Shown: positions 52,421-63,204 of the stretch, in pieces
Position numbering within the stretch: the stretch's first letter is position 1
Layout of the letters: each line of letters starts with the position of its first letter
NCBI GenBank assembly: GCA_951406725.2
Contig: OX597822.1
Coordinates: 85,808,001-85,872,000 of the forward strand
Length of the DNA: 64,000 nt
Direction: 5' to 3'
Origin: Octopus vulgaris
Lineage: Eukaryota
The notes under the pieces: model-generated
Databases searched by the model: none
Told to the model about the DNA's origin: nothing
What the model saw: only the letters and a program-made list of their open reading frames with translations
Position numbers and translations under genes: made by a program

Positions 52421-52455
52421 GTTTAACGTTTCGAGCGGAGCTCTTCGTCGGAAAC
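52421..52455 (-). ncRNA. Minimal type I hammerhead ribozyme (inverted copy)
   Basis: Exact reverse complement of 52077-52111. Confidence 0.7.
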
Positions 52456-53521
52456 ATAGGAGAAGGAAAGATCCAGAGAAGGGAAGACAGAGGGAAAATA
52501 TATATATATATTATATATATATATATATATATTATATACACACACACACAGAATAAAGTATTTACAACAAAGACAATAACAACAAAAACCCAAACAATAA
52601 ATTGAAGAAATCTAAAAGGCTAGAAACACTCTCGCTTGTTTCATATAACTATGTGTCTCAGCTTCACAAAAAGGACATTTTTCATTTTACCCCCTTGCAC
52701 ACCATCACCACCCCTGTTTATACACACTGTTTCTGCTACAATTAATTGCAATATAAATAAACATTTTAAAACCACAATTCAACTGTAATACCAGCACAGG
52801 TGATTATAAGACCAGAATTCAATTCAATTTAAAAAGTAACATAGGATGCTTGTTTGAATTAGTTCACTTTGAAAACATCATGATGGACCTTTGATGAAAT
52901 TGCAGCAAATAAGGATGCATAATTGCATACAGAGCAATGTGCAGTTGCTGCAGTAGAAACATATGTAGGTCAGTGTTAGATATGCTGTAGAAAACTTTTT
53001 AATAAAAAAGTTTCAGATGTCAATAAATCTCCACTCTCCTTAGTTACCGCTTATATTATATATATATAGTATAATCGGAAACAAAGAGGAGGGTGTATAG
53101 TATATATATTTATAAATTTGTAAACAAACCCAAAGGCTGTTAAATTTCGGAGAAAAGCAACCACATACGACTTTTTATAATAAATGTAATTATACATTGT
53201 TTTTGTATAATAATATGGGCTCCATTATGATGTCGTGTTCAATTCCCAGTGGTTCAGCCCATCTTTTTTCAGTCATTTGTTTAGATTAGTCACTTTAATT
53301 GGAGCCTATATTATTATTATAAAAAAATAATAAATAATTACACTTAGATGCTAGATGTGTTGGAACAATTGTTGTGATTTATTATAAATTCTCATATATT
53401 CCATCTTCCGTCTTTCATTTGCTAAATATATATAAAACATGGTTTATAATCCTTCAAAAGAAAGTAGGAAAATGGAGATATAGCATTTAATAAAAATTTA
53501 TTATCTGCAAAAATCAAACAG

Positions 53522-53606
53522 TCCCTTACAGCTGTTTCAATTAAGCCTAACAGATTAAATAGCAATTATCAAAATCATTATATTAGGTAAAATCTCTTCA
53601 GAGAGA
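53522..53606 (-). ncRNA. Type I hammerhead ribozyme with intact core and extended stem II
   Basis: tctct-CTGAAGA-gattttacctaa(..)ttaggcttaatt-GAAA-cagctg-TA-aggga. Confidence 0.7.
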
Positions 53607-55189
53607 TAGAAAAATGATATGCAGTTGTATTTTAGAATCGTCACAGCAGAAGGATTCTGAGAGAGTGGGAACTGGGGGCATCAAATAATGATGAAACAGT
53701 GAAAAAGAGCATGAAGAATGGTAAAAGAAAACTAGAACAAGAGACTTATGTGAAAGTGGAATAGCTATGGAAAGAAATCCATCCAACACCACCAGTGACA
53801 GGGGACAACAAACAGGTGTTGCTCATATGATCCTTTAAAAGTTATGCAAGAGAGCTGAGTTTGTTTTCCGAGCTCCTTTAATAATAGTAATAATAATGAT
53901 GATGATGATGATGTTAATGAAATAACTTCAAGGATCAAAGTAACGATATTTAAAGGTCGTTTAACATCCTATGATTTAACGGAACCTACAGAAATGATTG
54001 ATGGAAAATATTGATGTTGAATCAATAAGGGAAATCAGTAAAGCGGAAATGAATGGGAGCTGAACAACAATAAAGTTATTGATGACATGATCGACTCAAA
54101 AGCAAGCAAACGAACTATAACATATACACATGCACAAATTATTTGTACTATATAAACACATACACATATGATTTGTACTATATATACATACACACACAAA
54201 TGATTTATACTATATAAACACACACACACACACACACAAATGATTTATACTATATAAACACACACACACACACACGGTTTATATTGTATACACATGCAAA
54301 TGATTCCTTTGTACATACACAATTAGATAAAAGACAAAATGAGAAAACAAATACAAATTCATACTTTATTATTGCCAATGACAAACTCTGTGTATGTGAG
54401 AGAGAGAGAGATCACAATATGTTAACAGCAATCTCAAAGGAATCATGATGGTGTTATTTGGAAATAATCAAAGAATAAAAAAGAAACATTTTCTATACAA
54501 ACCACTGCATTTCTTGGAAAATCTAAATTGGCAATGCCTGTCATACTTCAAATAGTCTTAGACTTGTATGTGAAGACGTTGTGTCGAGGAACAGTGTTTG
54601 TACGGAAGCAACAATTCAATGGTACCGATATTGTTGTGATATTTGTTCCATAAAAATCTTACAAGAGAAAAGGCTTTGACGATAACACTTTTGAAATAGG
54701 CTGGTTTCAATTTGTACCCCATTGCAGTGTAGTTATTAATAACAGCACACTTGGATCAACCCTCTTTAACAACAGTGTTGTGGACAAAGTTATAAAATCA
54801 AACCAAACTTTGTTTATAGCCATGGAACTCTTTCTACTTAAATGCTGTCTTAACAATAGTCATATATGAGATTCAGTGAGGAAAACAAAAATCTATATCA
54901 CTTGTGTGTGTGTGTGTGTGTGTGCGCACATGTGCATATGTAAAAGTGTATGTGCTCATGTGTGAGCTTCTATACTTTAAAATCAACATGAGGTATGTAT
55001 TGCTTCCAATTCTTTTGCTTGCTATTCCAACCATTGCAACACCTCTCACAATATTTCATGGTAATCACAATGCTTTTACTTTTCCCCTCACCTACATTTA
55101 ACATCTTCAACTGCCATTCACTCCTTCTCCATTTATCATTTCAGTTTCCCTCTGCCTATGTCACTACAAACAATAACACATTTTAAATT

Positions 55190-55890
55190 ATTGGCCACAA
55201 CTGAGATGTGTTGCACCAACATTGCACCCTAAACTCACCCCCATCATTACTAGTAGGTCCTCAATTTCATTTTGTGGTCCTTCCAATAACAACATAGATA
55301 AGTAATTTTCTTCCTCTATTACAGTGCAGAAGTCTCCATAGTATAACCTCTGATATGGCCTGATGCTGATCACAGAAGTGCAGGCCATCAAAGCTATATT
55401 TTAAATTGAGCAACAACTGTAAAAAAACAAGTGGAATGTGTCCATAAACCCACTCTTTCATCTTGCGCTGACACATGAGATTCACTGGGCACTCATGAGA
55501 AGCTTGATTGCAAAATGTTATCAAGTATTCCAGGATTGTCCTTGCAAGTTGAGAAATCTTTCAGACTGTCAGTAATGCAGAACCCAAAGTACTTAAAATC
55601 ACTAACCTGTCTTCTTTGTACTCGAAAAGAGACTGACCTTGGTTGTAGCATTCTTAAGGGATATTAACAGGTGTTGCACATCACACAGTTGATGAGCTGT
55701 GAGAAGATTATCAACATAGCCAAGGTCAGGGAGATGCAGTCATTGAGGACATTTTGATAAAATCGGGTTGAGGTTGAGGCCTTTTGAGGAGGTCAAGACT
55801 TTGCTGAAAGATGTTATCCACCACAGTGACAAAGACAAAAAGATCTAGGGTTCTTCTCAGCAAAATTCCAGCTGTTGCTTGGAACTTCAT
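55190..55890 (-). mobile_element. Old RTE-like reverse transcriptase fragment
   Basis: FQATAGILLRRTLDLFVFVTVVDN, PDLGYVDNL (YADD-like), SDFKYFGFCITDSLKDF. Confidence 0.6.
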
Positions 55891-56123
55891 TATTAAATCA
55901 TCTGTGTTTTGTGAAAAAACTTACTGGTTGATGATTTCCAAAATTTAATGTGCAAAACTAATTCAACAGGACAGATAACATGACCCTTCTCTTAACTAAT
56001 ATGCAAAAGAAATCCAAAAATATATTTGAAATATCTACATATTGATTGTGAACAATTCTAGGATTTGTTTTTCATACCCACACAAAAAATACATTTTTTT
56101 CTCTCCTTGTTTTTTCTGTGTCC

Positions 56124-56159
56124 CTTTCTGTAGAAGAGCATAGGCTCAAAATGTAAAAG
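56124..56159 (+). ncRNA. Degenerate minimal hammerhead (related to 52077 family) in a pLTR-like fragment ~56070-56250
   Basis: cttt-CTGTAGA-a-gagc(atag)gctc-AAAA-tg-TA-aaag; downstream TTCCTGAACGTT..TAATAC resembles TTCCTGAGCGTT..TAATAC at ~52130. Confidence 0.5.
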
Positions 56160-56246
56160 ACTTTTTCTATTCCTGAACGTTATTCTAATACATCTGTTTG
56201 TTTTGTACACCACCCGTCTTTTGTCTTTTTTATTTTCGTAAACTTT

Positions 56247-56288
<42 letters not shown>

Positions 56289-56734
56289 GTGTGTGTGTAT
56301 GTACATCTACTTACATAAATGCTTAAATATACCTATATATGTTTCTATATTAAAGTACTGTGACAATGGAGGAGTGGTGTTGTGTGCAGACAACCAAATG
56401 GGAGGAGCACTGTCACAAATCTACACTCAAGGGTGGCAAGAAACTTATCCTAACATTGTTATGTTTTCATGGATAGCAATTGCTTTGGTGGAGTTAGGAA
56501 AGCGCTGCTCACCTAATCACTCTATGTCTGGGAAGGTGCTCTAAAAATTACCTGTCCACTGATGTTGCATAATTTGCTGCTAATAATAGCAGTCCATCAA
56601 AAGTAAAAATAAAATACAGACTTAACACAAGATTTTATTCTAATTTAACGTTCATCTCAAATGTTGTTCAACCCATGTCAGCATAGAAGACAGACGTTAA
56701 ATGATGATGATGATAAAAAAAACACATTTTTTTA

Positions 56735-56885
56735 GCATTGGTTGTTGGGATGTAAGAATCCTTCTAGAACTTGCAGATCATTCTGAATGTCAGAGTGCAT
56801 TCAACACATAGCAGCCCTTTCAGAAACCCAGCTTTCTGGTGAAGACCATTTGACAGAAGCTTCCTCAGAGTTCATAATATTCAGA
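56735..56885 (+). mobile_element. RTE APE-endonuclease N-terminal fragment
   Basis: GCWDVRILLE..IAALSETQLSGEDHLTE. Confidence 0.5.
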
Positions 56886-56925
56886 GTTGGATATTCAAGG
56901 GGTATTAAAAGAGACGAATGTTATG

Positions 56926-57215
56926 GCTATGGCCCTTTCAGTAACTTCCATCACCAGGTCCAATAATTTGACACCTCTGTAATTACATGTCTCTAAGGTG
57001 TCTTCTTTTCCTTTACCTGTAGCAGTTGAATATGACACTGCTACACTAGTTGTCGGAGATGATACCTTCTTGTACAATCTAAGTGTACGAGTGGCTAACC
57101 CAGATCCCACTCCAATAGATAGTTTAAGTACCTCATGAATAATTCCTAATGGACCAGGGGCTTTCCCTCTCTTAATATCCTTAATTGCTTTACCTATCAT
57201 ATTGCTGACACCTAT
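56926..57215 (-). mobile_element. RTE RT N-terminal fragment
   Basis: KAIKDIKRGKAPGPLGIIHEVLK..KGKEDTLETCNYRGVKLLDLVMEVTER. Confidence 0.8.
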
Positions 57216-57884
57216 ATGCATATATTCACACACATGCATAAATGTATTTATATATATATGTACACTTATACATATAGATATACATATACACACACACACA
57301 CATATATACCTATGTATACATATGATATACACATTTGCATATGTATCTACACACACACATACAGATATACATATACACACACATGCATATATATATAAAT
57401 ATACACACACTTGTACATATATATATAAATAAATTTATGCATGTGTGTGTATATGTATATCTATATGTGTATGTGTGTGTGTAGATACACTTGTACATAT
57501 AGATATACATATACACACACATATACATAAGATGATATACACATTTACATATGTATCTACACACACACACACACACACACGTATGAATATAAGGCAAAGG
57601 TGTAGCTCTGCAGCTAAGAAGTTTGCTTGCCAACCACATTTCTACTACAGTCCCAGGCTGTCCAAAGCGCTGTGATTGTATTTGGTAGAGCAAATCTAAA
57701 GAAAGTTTGTCACAAATGTATAATATACGAGGTGCAGTGGAATCAGAAGAATGCCAATGGAGAAAGTCGTGTAAGTGGTAGGTGTGCAGAAGCAAGAGAC
57801 ACTGAAGACACATGGGAAATAGATTTTCTTGTCTGACTTGGAGGCTCCTAAAGGTAGTTGATAGTTTTAGTTTTCTAGTGGAAG

Positions 57885-58385
57885 AGAGGATGTTCTGAAA
57901 GTATAGTTGCTAGAATAAGGAGAGGATTGAGAAAGTTCAGAGATCTATTACCTCTCTTGACAACAAAACATCTCTCTCTGAGTGAACAGCAGATCATACA
58001 AACAGCAATGTTGTATGGTAGTGAGACATGGGCTGTGAATGCTGAGGCCATGCAAAGACTGAAGCGGAATGAAGCTAGTATGCTCTGCTGGATGTGCAAT
58101 GTGAAAGTGCATGTATGACAAAATGCTAATGTACGGAGAGAAAAATTATTGTAAGAGGAATCAGATGTAGTGTGCGAGAGAGAAGAGTGTGATGGTTTGG
58201 TCATGTGACGTGTATGGATGAGGACAACTGCATATAGAAGTGCTGGTTGCTTAAAGTGCTTAAGGAAGGAAGAAACCCAGAAAGACATGGGGAAAAAACC
58301 AGTGAAGGCTGAGCATCACAGAGGCAATGGGCCAAGGCAAGTCACTGTGCTTGAGAAGACTTGTCCAGCACAGCAAAAGTGATGT
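57885..58385 (+). mobile_element. RTE LINE ORF C-terminal fragment
   Basis: SESIVARIR..KFRDLLPLL..TAMLYGSETWAV..KRNEASMLCWMC..WFGHV. Confidence 0.85.
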
Positions 58386-59935
58386 CCCAAAAACATTGTT
58401 TCTGCTTCTAACCCAATCGAGCATTCCCCAGCCCTCCATCACTCCTCTATCTATGACACTTAAGGGCCCCCCCTCCCCGCATCAGCACATATTACCTCCC
58501 CCCCACTTCTTTGCAATATCAATTACCTCACACCACCCACCAACTCTGGAACCATTTCCACCCCTTATTCCCATTATCCTCCCTTCCACTCCCACAATGA
58601 TAACCTCCTTTCTGAGTCTCTGGTTATTTCTCTCCCCTGCCAAACTCCGCCTTAACAGCTCACCTATCTGCCATCATGCTCCACTGATTAAAGCCACCCT
58701 TATGTACTCCTACATCAGGCTCATCATCCTCCACCTTCTGATCTACCCTCCTTCCTCACCTTTCCCCCTTTCCATACTGGTATTTCCCACACCATCAACC
58801 TTATTCATTACCCACTGCATTCACTTCTACCCCCCTCTTTAACCATCTCTTACTCCTCCCTTCACCCTCTTATGAATGTACTCTCCTCCACTGCCTGCCT
58901 CTCATCTCTTATGCACACTTTCTTGTACCTGGACAGTTTGCTCTGGCATTCCCTCACTCCCATCTACTTCCACTCACCTCTATATCAAGTGGAGAGTAGC
59001 CATGTATCTCCTCCATAGCAGGACACTTATGCTTGTCCCTCTATCATACTTTAACCTTTCAACTGGCATAAAAACCACCACCTCCCCGCTGTCAAATACT
59101 TCACCCACCCATTCCCACTCAGTAGGAAGAGATTTTGTCTTGCAATTTACTTACCAACCTCACTAGCGCTAGTGGCAAGAGAACAACCACCCAGTAACAC
59201 TTTGCAAAATGGTTGGTTTTAAGGAAGGGCATCCAGCAATAGAAACCATGCCCAAGCTGACACTGAAAATTGGTACAGCGTGTCAAACCATCCAACACAC
59301 ACCAGTATGGAAAACAGGCGTATGATGATGATGACAACGACAATAATGCGTGTGTGTGTATACATGTTTGCGCACAGGTGTTACTGTACCCTTGTCCTGA
59401 CATTGTGTGATAGTTGTAAGTAAGTGTCACTATAATACAAGGTGCGCTGTTTCCAGTCTTGCACAAAAACATGTCTGGCCACATACAAACATTACTTGGA
59501 AACAGGTGAGGGTTGGTGACAGGAAGGGCATGCAGCCATAGAAAACAGGCTTTAGTGAACTCCATCTCATCCATGCAAGCATGGAACAGTGGTGCTGAGC
59601 ACACGTTCTCGTTATTTGATATTTACATACACACACATTATATATAGATATATATATCATCATCATCATCATCATCATTTAGCGTCCGTTTTCCATGCAT
59701 ATCATCATATATATATATATATATATAGATATATATATATATTTTATAATACAAAATTAATGTAAAGAGCAGGCTGCAATGTTTCACCTAAAAGAAGAAT
59801 TATAATTGTCACTAAATGTGACTAGGGTGATAAGAAACAACTACAATGCTAGAAATAAGAGCTAAAATGCTGTAGTTAATACACATGAGTAAAAACATAT
59901 ATACTAACTGTCCAAAAAATGCCAACTGAGAATTC

Positions 59936-59983
59936 TTAAGACTGATGTCAGTTTCGGTAATTTCTGTTGCCATTATCAGTTAA
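59936..59983 (-). ncRNA. Type I hammerhead ribozyme with one core substitution
   Basis: ttaa-CTGATAA-t-ggcaa(cagaaa)ttacc-GAAA-ctga(ca)tcag-TC-ttaa; GUC cleavage triplet. Confidence 0.6.
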
Positions 59984-60108
59984 GCCAGCTCGGTGTTTGG
60001 CTATTTCTGGACCTGTTTCTCTATTAGTATATACGCTTTCATCATCCAAATTAATGGATATATATACATACATACATACATGTATGTATGTATATATATA
60101 TATTTATA

Positions 60109-60442
60109 CTAGCAGTATCGCCCGGCGTTGCTCAGGTTTGTAAGGGAAATAACTATAAAGCAGTTAAAAGCAGTTTTGAGAGTTAAAAAAGGTGGAGTTG
60201 CGTCCCCTAGACGGTCTGTGGTTTGGGTTTCTGATTCTCGACCCCCTGTTGAATTTATCGATTTTTTTCAGAACTGAGGGAACTTTTCAAAATTTTCGCT
60301 GCGTTAGTTTTGAATTATGACATTGGGCTATGTGTGTGTCAAGTTTCATCAGAATCGGTTGAAAGCCGTGGTCAGATAGAGGGTACGAGAAAACAGACAC
60401 ACAGAAAACGCACAGACAAACTGCCGTTTATATATAGAGAGA
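60109..60442 (-). mobile_element. Non-autonomous Helitron (Lep1-like architecture)
   Basis: Minus strand begins A|TC.., ends with subterminal hairpin CCTGAGCAACGCCGGG and CTAG|T; no TSD. Confidence 0.7.
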
Positions 60443-60559
60443 TATAGATAGATGGAGAGAGAGTACAAGTGATATTTGAGAACACTTTAATTATCAGTAT
60501 ATTACTGTCTTTAAATCAAAAGGATTTTATTTCTTTCAGATCCTCCATGGCATATAAAA

Positions 60560-60885
60560 TGAAATGCAAGAAATGAAAAGAGATGCAGTTGTTGTTGCCA
60601 AATGTGCAGAATAGAGTGATTTATAAATTGCCAACTTTCTAAATGTTACAAGATCTGCTGCAAACTAAGGTCAGATGGAATTTGAAGCATCTGAGGAGAA
60701 TGTTTCAACGTTCTTAACAGTCAGGCACTTTAGGAACATAGCAATTCACTCACTGGGTTCAAAACAGTCTTGATGATGGTCGGAGAAATTCAATGGGGGC
60801 CATCACCAACGAACCTCAGATGCCAGGGTAGACCATCAGAACGGTGGCATACAAGGACAGTCAATACAAATGGTAAGTATGAAGG
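60560..60885 (+). mobile_element. Decayed Tc1/mariner-superfamily transposase N-terminus
   Basis: MQEMKRDAVVVAKCAE*SDL*IANFLNVTRS, an HTH-like start (recognised from memory). Confidence 0.4.
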
Positions 60886-61214
60886 AGATATATACACGTA
60901 GAAGTGTGTTACTGTCTCTTTGCTTTGACATCACGTGATGGTTGTAAACGAGTGGCACCATCATGCAAGTGGTGTCCATTTCCCACATGTCTGGTCATGG
61001 GGAAATATTACTTTGTGTGAGAATGGATGGGTGACAGGATGGGTAGAAAATCCACCTCAAAAAATTCCACCCAACTCATGCGAGCATGGAAAAACGGATG
61101 TTAAAACGATAATTATGATGATAAAAGTCAGAGAGGAACAGGATAAACTACCTGCATCAACTTGCTAGAAAAGCAGGTAGTAATTTTACCTCCTCCTTAT
61201 TCTTAGTACAAGTT

Positions 61215-62329
61215 TTGAAGAGTGCAGTTCGATTTTAACCGTTATTTTTTTCAAAGCTATAATGGAAGTGACAAAGGAGCATATTCATCATATCTTACTT
61301 TATGAGTTCAATAAAGGCAATAACGCAACAGGAAGTGTGAGGAATATTAATGTAGTATATGGGGAATGGACAATAAGCCAGTGTCAATGGTGGTTCCAGA
61401 AATTCTGAGCCGGAAACTACAACCTAGAAGAGGAGCATCATCCTGGAAGATCTGTAGAGCTCAATGAGGACATCCTGCAAATCCTGGTGGAACAAGATCC
61501 CATTGTAACAGTTGAGGAAGTAGCAGAAAAGCTTGGATTTGGACATTCAATGATTCATCGACACTTGTGTGCCATCGGAAAAGTCAGCAAATTGTGTCAA
61601 TGGGTTCCTCACAAACTTTCTGAGTCTAATCACTTGCAGAGAGTGAATGTATGTTCTTCTTTGCTATCACATCTCACAAATGAACCATTTTTGGACCGAA
61701 TAGTGACTGGTGACAAGAAATGGGTTCTCTATAAAAATGTCAAGTGCCAAAGACAGTGGGTAGGGCAAGGAGAAACACCAGCACCCCAGGCTAAAGATTT
61801 TTACCCATGTAAGGTGTTGTTATTTGTTTGGTGAGATATGAAAGGTTTAGTCCACTTTGAACTTTTAAACCCAAACTAAACGATAGCAAAGGAGACCAAC
61901 TGTGAGCAGCTTATGTGAGTGCTAGAAGAAAAATGACCATCTTTGGTTTCAAGACAAATGGTCTTCCTCCATCAGGATAATGCTCGAATGACATTCCAAA
62001 GGCTGAAACAGTTTGAATGGGAAATGATGCCCCACCCACCATATTTGCCGGACATTACCCCATCTGATTATTATTTATTCTGCAGTCTTCAAAATCATTT
62101 GGAAGGAAAAAAATATGAATTCTGCAGATGCGGTCAGAACAGTATTGGAGGAGTATTTTTCATCACAGACAAGTGAATTTTGGCAGAGGAGCCTTGCAAG
62201 TCTGTCAGATAGATGGAAGAGCATTGTAGAAAATGAAGGAGAGTATATTTTAGATTAAAAAAGAACTTTATCTTAATTTTGAAAAATAAAAAGTATAAAA
62301 AACTACATTATTTATGTGATGAGCCAATA
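61215..62329 (+). mobile_element. Mariner DNA transposon (Hsmar1/cecropia-like), 3' TIR present, 5' TIR not evident
   Basis: Transposase remnant plus terminal CATTATTTATGTGATGAGCCAA|TA. Confidence 0.85.
61262..62258 (+). pseudogene. Mariner transposase pseudogene
   Basis: MEVTKEHIHHILLYEF.., WVPHKL, FLDRIVTGDKKW, HQDNAR, HPPYLPDITPSDYYLF; in-frame stops and frameshifts. Confidence 0.9.
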
Positions 62330-62349
62330 CATGTACATGCATATATATA

Positions 62350-62577
62350 TAGCGAAGTCATTGCCAGTACCACCTGACTGGCCCCAGTGTCGGTGGCACG
62401 TAAAAAGCACCCACTACACTCTCGGAGTGGTTGGCGTTAGGAAGGGCATCCAGTTGTAGAAACTCTGCCAGATCAAGATTGGAGCCTGGTGCAGTCATCT
62501 GGTTCGCCAGCCCTCAGTCAAAATCGTCCAACCCATGCTAGCATGGAAAGCGAACATCAAACGATGATGATGATGAC
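62350..62577 (+). mobile_element. RTE-type 3' tail repeat
   Basis: CTCTCGGAGTGGTTGGCGTTAGGAAGGGCATCCAG..CATGCTAGCATGGAAAGCG..(GAT)n. Confidence 0.85.
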
Positions 62578-62580
62578 ACA

Positions 62581-62632
<52 letters not shown>

Positions 62633-62895
62633 CATGTATGTATAGATTATTTTTTCTTTTACTTGCTTCAGTCATTAGACTGCGGCCATGTTGGGGCACA
62701 ATCGTGTGAGTGTGTGTTTATATAGATATAGATATATATATACAATATGTATATGAGTGTGTGTGTGTGTGTGTATACACACACACACAAGCCGTTATTG
62801 AGTAACGAGCCTAGAAAATAATATTCTCAATACCAAAGTAGAGTGAATTAGTTTATTAAAGTGGGTCCATAACATGCCACTGAACTGGCTTCAAT

Positions 62896-62948
<53 letters not shown>

Positions 62949-62951
<3 letters not shown>

Positions 62952-63149
62952 GGTCCCGGGTTGAGTCGGGGTTAACCACAGTAAATAAGGTACTCAATAC
63001 ATGGCAGAGTAAATTAATTTATTTTATAGAAGGAGTTTACAGGACTAGAACTGTTTCATTCAAATGAAATCATCAAGAAACCAGGCTTCCTGATGATTTC
63101 ATTTGAATGAAACAGTTCTAGTCCTGTAGAAGCTCCTTCTATAAAATAA

Positions 63150-63152
<3 letters not shown>
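62949..63152. mobile_element. Penelope pLTR-like fold-back cassette with two divergent HHRs, inserted in (TA)n
   Basis: 63017-63079 inverted relative to 63087-63151; (TA)n on both sides. Confidence 0.8.
63086..63132 (+). ncRNA. Type I hammerhead ribozyme with intact core
   Basis: cttc-CTGATGA-t-ttc(attt)gaa-t-GAAA-cag(ttctagtc)ctg-TA-gaag; stems I and III pair. Confidence 0.75.

Positions 63153-63204
<52 letters not shown>

Larger units (their letters stand above)
51962..52552. mobile_element. ~590-bp near-perfect palindrome carrying two convergent HHRs
   Basis: 52037-52200 is essentially the reverse complement of 52330-52498, flanking microsatellites included; centre is a folded-back SINE-A head. 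Confidence 0.9.

Noticed and set aside
58327-58842. 171-aa Pro-rich ORF
   Set aside because: C-rich low-complexity sequence starting inside an RTE remnant; no coding evidence
61487-62176. SETMAR-like domesticated gene
   Set aside because: Multiple stops and frameshifts, TIR present, no SET domain; a dead mariner copy
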